In this document: positions 22,571 through 34,149 of the stretch, piece after piece
How the letters are laid out: every line of letters starts with the position of its first letter
Numbering within the stretch: position 1 is the first letter of the stretch
From: Octopus vulgaris
Lineage: Eukaryota
Reading direction: 5' to 3'
DNA: 64,000 nucleotides
Assembly (NCBI GenBank): GCA_951406725.2
Contig: OX597824.1
Span: 45,198,001 to 45,262,000, forward strand
Notes under the pieces: generated by a model
What the model saw: the letters and a program-made list of their open reading frames with translations, nothing else
Told to the model about the DNA's origin: nothing
The model's database searches: none
Position numbers and translations under genes: made by a program

Positions 22571-25064
22571 TGATCAAGAAGTCAACATAGAAAATGAAAG
22601 CAAAATAATGATTATTGAATAGCTTTTGTTTTGTTTTTTTTTCTTTTATTCGATTTAGAATTGATCACTCTCACAACAATATTCTAAAGTTTAAAAAATT
22701 AGGAAAAAGTTTTCCAAGATGAATCAAAATATTAATTTTCTAACACAGAACACGTATACATAAAGGGGGTGTATTGTAAGTGTGTAAATAGTGAGGTATA
22801 TATGTATTTATGTGTGTGTAATGTATATATTTATGTAATGTGTATATATAAACATGCATGTTTATATATATGTTTTATATACATTTATGTATATAATGGG
22901 CATATACATATATATTTTTATATCTAATATGTATTTATATTGTATATATATATATATATATAATATATATATGAAGTGACGAACAAAAAACAAAACAAGC
23001 AGGTGCAGAGTATATAGAATGCCGCTTCTGTTATAAGTTAATTGATTTCTTGATGAAATAAATACTAGTAGTATCAATAAATAAATTTCCACAGACCATA
23101 CATAGTATCCCACAGAATGTGCATTGTATACAGTAAAAAAAATTATCTAAATATGTCATTTATATCTAAAAGCCGTAATAATATATTTAAAGAAATGTTA
23201 GAACAGTTGTTAATTAGTAAAAAAACAAAGAATTAAATATTCCACAATTAAATTATTCTAACTATAAAAGCTTTATTCGTTTCAGTAGACGATGGCCGGT
23301 ATTTATAATCACCTTCAAACAGTGACGTAATGTTTCCGGCTGTTATGAAAATCCTCTAAATTTTTCTGCAAATATTTTATTACCCGTTCTGAGATCAATC
23401 CTTTATTGGGGGGAACAATTTTCCTATGCTTAATTAAAAGGGTTTTTTTCTCTGTTCTTTTGTTAACAAGATATTTAAATTCCTCAATTCAATATTTTAC
23501 CATACAACCATGCAATAAATACCCTTCCCTAGTTTCTTTTTGATGTAAATATACCATCTTAATCGATAAAATAACGGGCATTTAGCAATAATGTTACAAA
23601 AACAGCGTTGCATTTATAAATATTTCGATTTTAAAATCAGTGCTGTGATTTTTTTTTTTTTTTTTACGTTGAAAATATTTTCACGTAATTATTTTGAAAT
23701 ACTTAAAAGAAATGTTCACTATTTTAAAACTAGCATTTTTTATACATCCTGTTTCATATTTTCTGAATACAGAAGAGTATTTATAAACTGTATTGTTTTT
23801 TTTTTAACAATGCTAAATGTATTCAGTATATCATTTCGTCGTGATTGATAATCGACTATAATTCCAATCACACACAAATAGATGCAAGGATATAATGAAT
23901 AATAAAAAGTAATTACTTAATGAAACGAAATATACGACGCCATGTTGGGATTTTTATTAATGAAAATTAAATTTTGTTATGTATTTATTGTATGTGTGTA
24001 AGCTAATAATAATAAATGTTCACATTTTTAAATATAATTTGATTCCAATCATTGAAAACCAATTCCCTCACGCTTTGCTTTTAAAAATATATATAAACGA
24101 GCATCAACAATCTTGCCCTGCTTTCATCAAACCTTTTTTTTTTTACACAGGACTACAATATCTTAAATTAGACTCAATTCAGGCGAACTGAATTATCTTA
24201 TTAAATATCCCGTATGAGATAAACTATTATTTAGATTACTTTCAGATGTAAAACACACCTTTCTCTAAATGTTTTAAAAACTTTAAATATAAAAGCCCAC
24301 TTCGATCGAGAAATATATTTTATTTACGTATTTTCAAACATTGATATTTCTTCCGGGTTCAATCCTGTCACTTTACGGCTTCAATGAAAATATCGATCTC
24401 ATTTAAATGGCCTTATAGTCAGTATTATTTGTTTATACCTTAGGTTCGTCTAAATTTCAAGTATTTTCTTAAAGAAGTATGAGTATGAAAAACTTGAAAT
24501 AATTATAAGTGAGAGTCGAAACTGATAGCTAATTGTTTCATATGATTTTAACTTTAACCAGAACCATTAATCGATATATGGGGAATGTACTTGTGGTGGA
24601 AGGTTGAGAAGGGCGGCATCGATAATCGGTTCATTAAAAACGGACATTCTAAATGTATTGGTGTATCATGAGATGAGGAAATATCAAAGATTTTGAAAAT
24701 AATCCTTCGTTGAGAGAGGAAAAGAATTTTAATTCACCTCGCATCACAATAATATAGCGTGCGTACTGCTTTATACAAATAAAGCATTACAATAATTATA
24801 ATTATTGATTTTCTTACTTAGGCAGGCTCTGATTTACAGGAGTAAGGAAGAAAATTGTGCCATATTCATTTAATTTTCCTCAAATACATAAAATGAACTA
24901 ACCCCAACAGGGAAACGAGAGGATTCGGTTCGCTTAGAACTTTACATCAAAGGTTGCTCACAATCTGTAAGGAAATCATTATTTATTTCTATTAGATAGA
25001 ATGTGTCGTAAATCCATGCATGTAAAAATAAAATTAGAAGTGTAAGAAAAATAGTCATGATAAT

Positions 25065-25237
25065 TATTTCTACCAGGCCTTAAAAATTTTTGGGGAAAAG
25101 GAGGCTAGTGGATTATATCGACCCCAGTGCGTAAGTGGTACTTATTTCATCGACTTTGAACTCAGAACGTAGCGGCAGACGAAGTACCTCTAAGCACTTC
25201 GCCCGGTGTGCTCACAATTCTGCCAACTCGCCCCCTT
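25065..25237 (-). mobile_element. tRNA-derived SINE (family A), internally deleted
   Basis: Minus strand ggcgagttggcaga...ctgagttcaaa (A/B box-like); homologous to the adjacent copy. Confidence 0.8.
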
Positions 25238-25254
25238 AAAATAGTCATGATAAT

Positions 25255-25454
25255 CTTTTCTACTCTAGGCACAAGGCCCGAAATTTTGGGGGAGGTGACA
25301 GTCGATTAGATCGACCCCATGGCGTAACTGGTACTTAATTTATTGACCCCGAAAGGATGAAAGGCAAAGTCGACCTCGGCAGGATTTGAACTCAGAACGT
25401 AAAGACAGACGAAAACCGATAAGCGTGCTAACGTGTCTGCCAGCTCGCCGCCTT
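25255..25454 (-). mobile_element. tRNA-derived SINE (family A)
   Basis: Minus aggcggcgagctggcaga...gagttcaaatcc...gactttgcctttcatcctttcggggtcaataaattaagtaccag; 17-bp TSD. Confidence 0.88.
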
Positions 25455-26386
25455 AAAATAGTCATGATAATGTCATATGAATTGTCCAGTCGGAACTGTG
25501 TAAAATATAATAGACAGGACAGAAAGCATCCCACTATAAATTTTTTTGATATTTAAAAAAAGATAATAATCCGGAAATTTACTATCAAATGCAAGCACAC
25601 ATTGAGAAACCCTACATTATTGAATCAGAAAATAGAGTAAATATGAAATGATTGATATTACACTAGCTAGAACTAAGAACATAGAATAAAGATCTCAGGT
25701 GAGATTATAAACATATGGTCACTAAAGTAGTTAGATGTAACACCAATAGAAGTAGATGTAGTTTCTAATAACCGAAACAAGGGTTAATCAAAATTAGGAC
25801 GATGCCTGCATATTTTGAGCTGTCATTATTATCAATGAGTACCAAATGCTGAAAAGTTGAGCTCGAGAAATCTTTAAGATGGAATGGATTAAAAGCTATT
25901 TGGTTTAACTACCCAGGTTTAACAAATACCTTTCATGATAGAAGTTGTGTGCTGGGGTAATTTATATCTCATCTCCATGAAAATATAACTAAATTTTGAT
26001 AGTTATAATCTATTCATATCGCAGCACATCTACGATGGTTAAAACGGAGCTTTTTTTTTTATTTTAAAAGCAAAATTTTTCAGCTACATGGACATTTTTT
26101 TTTATCCTCTTGTGCTTGAAAGTGTTTTGAATGTGAACCTTGAAAGAAACGGTCATTCCTATTTGATATGAAAGATTATGCCAAAGAAGTTTAGCAAACA
26201 TCTAGCTCTATTGACAACGAAGTAATTTGGTGGACTGAAATCTTTACTAAGCTGTATTTTGACTCATATTCCGCAATAATTACTGGTACTACAAGCCAGT
26301 AAGGGAAACTCAACATGTTCCTCTACCCTGTTAAATCATATTAAATCTCTTTCAAATAGTATCCTGTCATCTTTAAGAAAAGGAAG

Positions 26387-26783
26387 GGATCTTTTCGGTT
26401 TGAACGGCAGTTTTTTCTAGCGGTGTCATATGAAATTGTCACCCATAATTATGACGCTAGTCTCGATCTATTGCATTTCAATCTGTTTTAGGGTTAGAGG
26501 TGGGAGGAAGGGTATCTTTTTTTCTTCACAAATGTAAATAAACCCAATCTGTTTCTTAAACGAGGGACATATTCATACTGCACAGAATGTTTTCACCTTG
26601 ATTGGTTGAAATTGCAGAAATTGAAGAAAAAACAACAAATATCTTACAAACTATAGAATTTTCTCAATAAAGCCAAGAGAAAAAGATGTTTTATAAACAC
26701 ATTCTACCAGTATACGAAGTTTCTAAGTGTTTAGTTACGTGGAAATTATTTTTAAAAAACTGCCGGTCAAACCGAAAAGATCC
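26387..26783. mobile_element. Merlin-type MITE
   Basis: 30-bp TIR ggatcttttcggtttgaacggcagtttttt / aaaaaactgccggtcaaaccgaaaagatcc; GG..CC termini; 8-bp TSD aaaggaag (26379-26386, 26784-26791). Confidence 0.85.
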
Positions 26784-27559
26784 AAAGGAAGAACTCACTG
26801 TCAAAGCTGGAACGTCAGCGTCCAACATAAACCTACTTAATCAAGACTCACCTTAGGACCAAACAAGAAACAGTGGTTTATGAATCAACATTACATGGTG
26901 AAAATGTCTCAGCTGAAGATTTATAATTTTACTCTTAACAGGTTCAATCCCAGCTTTGTGCACCTACTCATTGCACATGTACATTTTACAGAATACTTAT
27001 ATCTCTTTATTATTAGCTGTTCTATTACATGGCACCACACTCAGAATTTGAGTTTTCTAACTGCAAAGGCTACAGCTGCTTTTCTTTTAATGATTTTTCT
27101 ATCTGAAGCTTGAAGTTTTGCACAATGAAAGACATTCTGAAATGTTGGAATACATTTAAAATTTTCAAAGTAACCAAATCAAGGGTCAGCCAAAGAACCA
27201 CTCAAGAAGTAGATAAGTACACTACACTTAGATTTACATACACACATGTAACACACTTGAAAGAGCATTAGGTTTTTAAAAATACCAATACCAGTGTGTA
27301 TAACATTAGTAATGTATATGCTAACATGGAATGGTACTGGCTGTAATATTTTGTCTCAGAACAACTTCTCAAAGAGACTTGTGTTCTAAGAAAGAAACAC
27401 TGAGTTTCAATCAGAATACCAGAGGATCACCAGACTTTGGCATAGTGTCTATGGCTGGATGTCTTTACTAATGTCAATATTTTACGTGTACTGGGTGTCT
27501 TTTTTATGCCACCAGCACAAGTAATATTGCCATGCAACCTGCAAGACTACAAATCCTGA

Positions 27560-28210
27560 GTGGGAAGGGGGAACTTTATGCTAATGATCTTGTTCTCCTG
27601 GCTGAATGTATTGTAGAATTAGAAAAGAAATTCCAGGTGTGGAAACAAAGCCTGGAATCAAAAGGCTTCAGGGTTAATTCAGCAAATACTAAAGTTCTAG
27701 GAAGCAAGAAAACTGAAAAACTACTAATTCCTTCGTGAAAATGGCCTTGCACAATATGTATAAAGGGTGTTGGTAGAAATTTCATACAGTGTACACAAAC
27801 TATGGACACATAAGCAGTACAATTGAATCATATGAAGGTTAACAGAAAAAGTGGACTTTATATGTGGCATATGCTCAGGTGCAATGAACGCTAAGAATAC
27901 ACAGTAAGTAGATATCCTCAAATGGGCATAAGAGGCATCAGATGTAATGTGCACAAGGGAAGACTGCACTGGTATGAGCATGTGATGTATATAGATGAGG
28001 ACAGCTGCATAAAGAAGTCTTGCAAGTTACTTAGTGACCTCACTGATGCTGGTTCCACAAAAAAAGCACTTATTACACTCTGTAAAATGGTTGGCATTAG
28101 GAAGGACATGTGGCCACAGAAACCATGCTAAAGTAGCTTGGTGAAATTCTTTGGTTTGCCAGCTCCTGTCAAACCATCCAACCCATACCAGTATGGAAAA
28201 TGGATGCCTT
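27560..28210 (+). mobile_element. Degenerate RTE-clade LINE fragment
   Basis: LYANDLVLLAE...GFRVNSANTKVL, Cys-rich segment, RLHWYEHV and 3' UTR motif ccatccaacccataccagtatgg; same family as 49224-51134. Confidence 0.8.
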
Positions 28211-28413
28211 CATAATGTGTGTGTGTATTGTAAAAGGGATTCATGATATCAAGGGGATTACTTCACTTAGCACTCATGTGAACTCCAGATTAACAAGGTG
28301 TTAGAAGGGGAAAACAATCCAGTTAATCCAAAGTATTCCACACAAACTGAAAAACCAGGAAATGTTCATCAGTCATAGAGTATAACATAAAACAAATAAA
28401 GGAATGAAGATAT

Positions 28414-28546
28414 TTATTATCCAGTTACAATTGTTTCAATAATAAGTGGGATAATTAAATAACATACTGGAACATATATAAACAATAACTATGCAAATGA
28501 TTCATCCACCCTATCTACTATTGAAACAAGTGTAATTGGATAATAA
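28414..28546. mobile_element. Small MITE-like inverted repeat
   Basis: ttattatccagttacaattgtttcaata vs tattgaaacaagtgtaattggataataa. Confidence 0.5.
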
Positions 28547-28589
28547 GTGTAATACCAATATCTTCTTTCTTTTAATTGTTATACATAAA

Positions 28590-28808
28590 GCGAGCTGGTG
28601 CCATGTGAAAAGCACCTGTGCCAGTGTAATGTAATAGAGCACCCTTTATATTCTGTAAAGTGCTTGGTGTTTGGAAGGGCATCCAGCCATAGAAACCATA
28701 CCAAAACAGACAACTGGAGCCTGTTGCAACCCTCCAGCTTGCCAGCCTGTCAAAACTGTCCAATCCATACCAGCATGGAAAATGGATGTTAAATGATGAT
28801 GATGATGA
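28590..28808 (+). mobile_element. RTE 3' UTR fragment with (GAT)n tail
   Basis: ggaagggcatccagcc...ccagcatggaaaatggatgttaaatgatgatgatgatg. Confidence 0.8.
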
Positions 28809-29587
28809 CAGCGACATGCAAACACGTTATTATTATCATTTTCCATATTTCCTCTATGCATTGGATGGGCTGATATAGCCAGAGTTCTTATTCAGTACTA
28901 CTGTTCTCTCAAATGGGTCAGAAATCACATCTTGCACATACATTTCATTTTGGCATGATTTTTTGAGGCCCGATATTCTTCCTAACACCAACCAGTTTAC
29001 AGAGAGTACAGGACACATTGTAATTATGTAACCAGCCATAGAGAAGCTATCATGTCCTTGGTAAAGTTAAACTTTCGTCTCTAGGATGGCCTTAGGGCAA
29101 GTTGAATTTCAGCACCCTTATAAGTATAATGTATAAAACAATTAGTAAGGTGCATGCTATCATGTCATATTCTCTTGCAAGTGATGGCTATGTTTTTAGT
29201 TTTCCTTATAAGTTTAATGCTTAAAAAAATTTTCATTTGGAGGGAAAACGGCAAATATAGGAATGAAATGTTTATAACAATATATGAGCTAAAGAGAACA
29301 ATTCAAGCACAGAACCTAAGCTTCAAATATTTTCATTAGTATGATTAGAGGTGAGAGAAAGACACAGCGTGTGTGTGTGAGAGAGAGAGAGAGAGAGCAT
29401 AATTACATTAGTGTCAATAACACATTTTTGTCAGAAAGTTTGAGAAGATAGATGAGTGAGAGAAATTCCTAATAGTACAGTTGATCTTCTATAGGTATAA
29501 TAGGCATAAAGTAATATTTAGAGATTGCTTTTATTCTATTGTATTTTTTAGTTTTATATTTTTCCATCAATATTTGGAAAATCCCTA

Positions 29588-29800
29588 AAAGCAGTGAGCT
29601 GACAGATTGTGAGCATGCTGGGCAAAATGCTTAGTAGCATTTCATCTGTCTTTATATTCTAAGTTCAAATTCTACCAAGGTTAACTTTGCCTTTCATCCT
29701 TTCAAGGTCATTAAAATAAGTACCAGCTGAGCACTGGGATCAATGTAATCAACACATTCCAATATTCCCCCAAATTGCTGACCTTGTGCCAATATTTGGA
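29588..29800 (+). mobile_element. tRNA-derived SINE (family A), CpG-decayed
   Basis: gcagtgagctgacaga...aagttcaaattc...ctttgcctttcatcctttcaaggtcattaaaataagtaccag; collinear with 25255-25454. Confidence 0.8.
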
Positions 29801-29985
29801 AGCTCCCCAAACACATGACATGGAGCCCTCTAGTATGTGGTGCTCTGGCAAACTGGTCAAATTGCTGGTACCTTCAACTGGCCCTGGGGGCCTGCCTGTT
29901 CTATGTTCTACTTTCCTTGCTATCTTAAAATGATCTACCGCAAAAGGTTTATAACCAAGCTTGAAAAAACATTTGCAGTAGAAGT

Positions 29986-30381
29986 GGATGGGGGATGGGA
30001 AGCACTCCGTCGGTTACGACGATGAGGGTTCCGGTTGATCCGAATCAACGGAACAGCCTGCTCGTGAAATTAACGTGTAAGTGGCTGAGCACTCCACAGA
30101 CACGTGTACCCTTAACATAGTTCTCGAGGATATTCAGCGTGACACAGAGAGTGACAAGGCCGGCCCTTTGAAATACAGGTACAACAGAAACAGGAAGTAA
30201 GAGTGAGAGAATGTTGTGGTGAAAGAGTACAGCAGGGATCACCACCATCCCCTGCCGGAGCCTCGTGGGGCTTTAGGTATTTTCGCTCAATAAACACTCA
30301 CAACGCCCGGTCTGGGAATCGAAACCGCGATCCTATGACCGCGAGTCCACTGCCCTAACCACTGGGCCATTGCGCCTCCAC
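29986..30381 (-). mobile_element. tRNA(Arg)-like SINE (family B), full length
   Basis: Minus gtggaggcgcaatggcccagtggttagggcagtggactcgcggtcataggatcgcggtttcgattccc (tRNA head with A and B boxes); 12-bp TSD tgcagtagaagt (29974-29985, 30382-30393). Confidence 0.9.
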
Positions 30382-31029
30382 TGCAGTAGAAGTAGAAAGA
30401 CAATAGCTAGAGCTATTAAAAATTACTGAGTCAAGCAGTCCTCTGTTACAGGTATCAAAGTATTCTTTCTGCTCATACTAAAGCTGTTAGCACTGAGAAA
30501 GCCCTAAAGTTTCTTAACTTACTTAAGTACATAGGCAATAAAGTAAGGACATCTGTTGAAATTTTAGTGTAGCTGCAATCATAAATTCTTTGTTGGTAGT
30601 TCACACTAATAGGTAGACTGCATGTGAAGACAAACATGGCCACACTAATATTTCTTTAACTTTTCACATATTTTATTAACCCACATCATTTATATTAACA
30701 TGTGTATACATATTTGATTTAATGGAACAATGTTCATGAAAAAACAAACATAATTGTTAGGAATCTTTTGTAATTCAAGATGCTAGATATTATTATTAAA
30801 GTAGTTCATAGTTATTGATGACAAAATGAGTAGAAAGAGTTAGAGCTACTATTTGTAAATAAAATGCGTACACAATGCTACATTACAGCTCAAAGCCAGT
30901 ACTTTTGTTGAACATAATTCAAGCATGTTAAGTAAGAAAAAGTAAAAGCGGCTGAGTGGCCAACTCATTGACATAGCTCTATGTGAACAGCTGGGTAACT
31001 CTAGTCGGATGGTGAATTCACCAACATTT

Positions 31030-31155
31030 TATCACCATTAGTAAATTGAGAGGTTCGTTGGATCAATTTTTCGAGTCCAAATCGGGTGATTTCTACCAAT
31101 GGGGTATTGAAAATCTTATTGAACAACAAGGGTGAATACATTATTGATTAATTAC
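31030..31155 (+). mobile_element. Old mariner transposase C-terminal remnant
   Basis: DQFFESKSGDFYQWGIENL...NNKGEYIID* resembles a mariner C-terminus. Confidence 0.45.
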
Positions 31156-31302
31156 TAGTTATTTTTTATTAAACATTTAAAAAAATTTAAATTTAAAAAG
31201 GTGGCAGAAACTGAGTTGCCACAAAATAACTTTTTAAAACAATTATTTTTACTAGGTGTTTATTAAAGAGTTCTTTCCCTTGTATTATAATTATTATTAT
31301 TA

Positions 31303-31803
31303 TTGAGTGAGAGAGCAGTGCATGCCATCAAAGTGACACTGGGGTAAAATATACGAAGCCCAGTATACCCATCATGACTATCTGTCTGATAAGGGTACAC
31401 CAGACACATGCATCACAACCATATGTGCGCGACATGGTGATCTCATATCAAGATAAACAGCACATGACCTCTCAGGTGGGGCCCCAGTTAGAATTTTCTT
31501 CTGGTTGAGTAGCCCATCCCGCTCAAAAGGTCCCTGAATAAGGATTGTTTAAGGATGTTGAACAAAACACCCTCTAAGAATTCCTTTCAACACACGGCTA
31601 TGATGCACCCCCACTACTTCTGCTCATGATCAGAGATGCACATATCGTCAGCCACTAAGGGACATGCTCAACTGGTTAAGGTCAAACAACTGACAAACAA
31701 ATCTGTGGTATAGATCAGAATATTTGCTGTAGCCCATCTTTTATACCAAGACAAAACAATGTACATGATAACACTTCCAATCAGTTAAGATCAGGAGCCA
31801 TGA
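31303..31803 (-). mobile_element. 3' end of an R4/Dong-like LINE (or a derived non-autonomous element) in a (TAA)n microsatellite
   Basis: Flanked by (att)n on both sides; minus strand ends ctctcactc(aat)n; residual ATANIL resembles an R4/Dong C-terminus; Dong elements are known to target TAA repeats. Confidence 0.55.
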
Positions 31804-32478
31804 TCATTATTATTATTATTATTGTTGTTGTTGTTGTGACAAACGCTGTGCAGAGTTGCTTCCCTTGCACAATAAGTTGGTTAGAACTGAAAAAATAAGG
31901 AATTTCTCTATTGGGGAATCCTCTATTAGCAAGGCTTATATATATATATATATATATATGGAGAAACATATATATATGGAGAAAATATATATATATATGG
32001 AGAAAATGGAGAAACATACTTAAATCAATCAAACATCAGATGATACCCAATCAATACTTTATTACACCATTACATAACAGTAAAGGCATTATACAAAATA
32101 TATTGTAAATATAATTAGACAAGGAAATAGAAATATACACACACACACACACATATATATATAATCAATATAAGCAACACAATGTCAAGATATCCTGTTG
32201 CTTATTTTGATTTTATTCACCTTACTTTGAGCTGTACAGATAATACCGCACTGGCTTGGTGCTTCAACTTAAGTACCTAATCTCAATTATATATATATAT
32301 ATATTTATATACGTGTATGTGTGTATTTGTACATGTATATGTATGTGTATCTAGTATGTATGTTTATGTATATATATTTTTGTATAATATATATATATAT
32401 ATATATATACATATGCATATATATTTATCAATACATATACATACATAAATACATACACACACATACATACACACATAC

Positions 32479-32519
<41 letters not shown>

Positions 32520-32550
32520 TTCATACATACATATATATATGTGTGAACGT

Positions 32551-32780
32551 GGACGACTAAGATAGAGAATGTTAAATCCAGACTAGACTGCAACGGACCT
32601 CCTAAACTACATTCACGGAGTGGTTGGCGTTAGGAAGGGCATCCAGCTGCAGAAATACTGCCAGATCAGACTGGAGCCTGATGCAGCCTCCTGGCTTCCC
32701 AGACCCCGGTCAAACCGTCCAACCCATGCTAGCATGGAAAACGGACGTTAACCGATGATGATGATGATCATCATCATCAT
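32551..32780 (+). mobile_element. RTE 3' UTR fragment with (GAT)n tail
   Basis: cggagtggttggcgttaggaagggcatccagc...ccatgctagcatggaaaacggacgttaaccgatgatgatg. Confidence 0.8.
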
Positions 32781-32783
32781 ATA

Positions 32784-34070
32784 CGAGGGACGTTCAATAA
32801 GTAATGCCTCTGACCCACTTGCAGTTGTTTGATCTAGCTGAAATTTTGCATGTGCAATCATTTATATCTCTATAGAGTAAGTGGCAAATTACAGCTCTGA
32901 ATTAATTGTGGTTTTTGATTTACAGGTGTTTGAACCGAGACAAGTGTGAAATGGAGCCTGTTGAGTGTCGAGCAGTGATCCGGTTTTTGTATTTGAAAGG
33001 ACGCACACCACGGGAGACTTTTGATGAAATGAAAGTAACTTATGGTGATGATGCCCCATCATATGACCTTGTAAAACGCTGGCATCGTGAATTCAAACAT
33101 GGTCGGAACTCTGTGGAAACAGCTCCCAGATCTGGTCGCCCCCTTCTGCCATTGATGAGGCATCTGTCCGTCAAGTTGAGGCTGCCATTTTGGAAGATCG
33201 ACGCATAATTATTCGCCAAATAGCCCATGAGGTCAAGATAAGTACCGGGTCTGTGGAAACTATCATTCATGACCATTTGCATATGCAAAAGGTGTCTGCC
33301 AGATGGATTCCCAGGTTGCTCACGCCTTTCCAGAAGCAAGAACGCGTCGAGTGCTCGAGGGTGAATTTGGAGATGTGCCAAGAAGATGAGTCAAAATTTT
33401 TCAAAAGACTGATTACACAGGATGAAACCTGGGTCTATCACGATGATCCAGAGATCAAAACCCAGTCAATGCAGTGGAAGCACCGTGACTCACCCCCTCC
33501 AAAGAAGGCAAGGGTGCAGCCCTCCGCTGGCAAGGTCATGCTCACAGTCTTCTGGGACCAGGACGGAGTAGTGATGACAGATTTCCTGGCAAAAGGTACT
33601 ACAATTGCAGGAGCCTATTATGCTTCACTTTTGAGGAAATTAAGAGAAGTTATCAAAATCAAGAGGCGGGGCAAGATCAGCAAAGGCATCCTCCTCCTGC
33701 AGGACAACGCTCCAGTCCACAACTCGCTTGTCGCCAGATCAGAAGCACAGGCATATGGCTATGAACTCCTCCCCATCCCCCCTACTTTCCTGACCTTGCA
33801 CCCTCTGATTTTCACCTCTTCCCAATCATGAAGTTGTTTTTGAAAGGAAAGCGTTTCCCAGATGATGCAGCCTTGATTTCTGAAGTCACGTTGAGGTTGG
33901 AGGACCAAGCTGGGTTCTAAAAAAACGGTCTCCAGAGCTGCATCAAACGATGGGAGAAATGTGTAACTCTGGGTGGTTCCTATGTAGAAAAAGACTAATA
34001 ACTGTACCAAGTTTCGTTGCTCTACTGCTATGGGAAGTGGGTCAGGGGCATTACTTATTGAATGCCCCTC

Positions 34071-34071
<1 letters not shown>
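32784..34071 (+). mobile_element. Full-length mariner (DD34D) transposon, 1288 bp, transposase pseudogenised
   Basis: TA TSD; ~37-bp TIRs cgagggacgttcaataagtaatgc... / gcattacttattgaatgcccctcg; transposase 32951-33998 with WIPRLL, ITQDETW, LQDNAP, YFPDLAPSDF; frameshifts near 33140 and 33780 plus a nonsense codon near 33918. Confidence 0.95.
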
Positions 34072-34142
<71 letters not shown>

Positions 34143-34149
34143 TAACAGT

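Noticed and set aside
25560-25800. Possible R4/Dong restriction-like endonuclease remnant
   Set aside because: Too degenerate to support without alignment.
26486-26500. TTAGGG telomere-like motif
   Set aside because: Only about two degenerate units, internal to the Merlin MITE.
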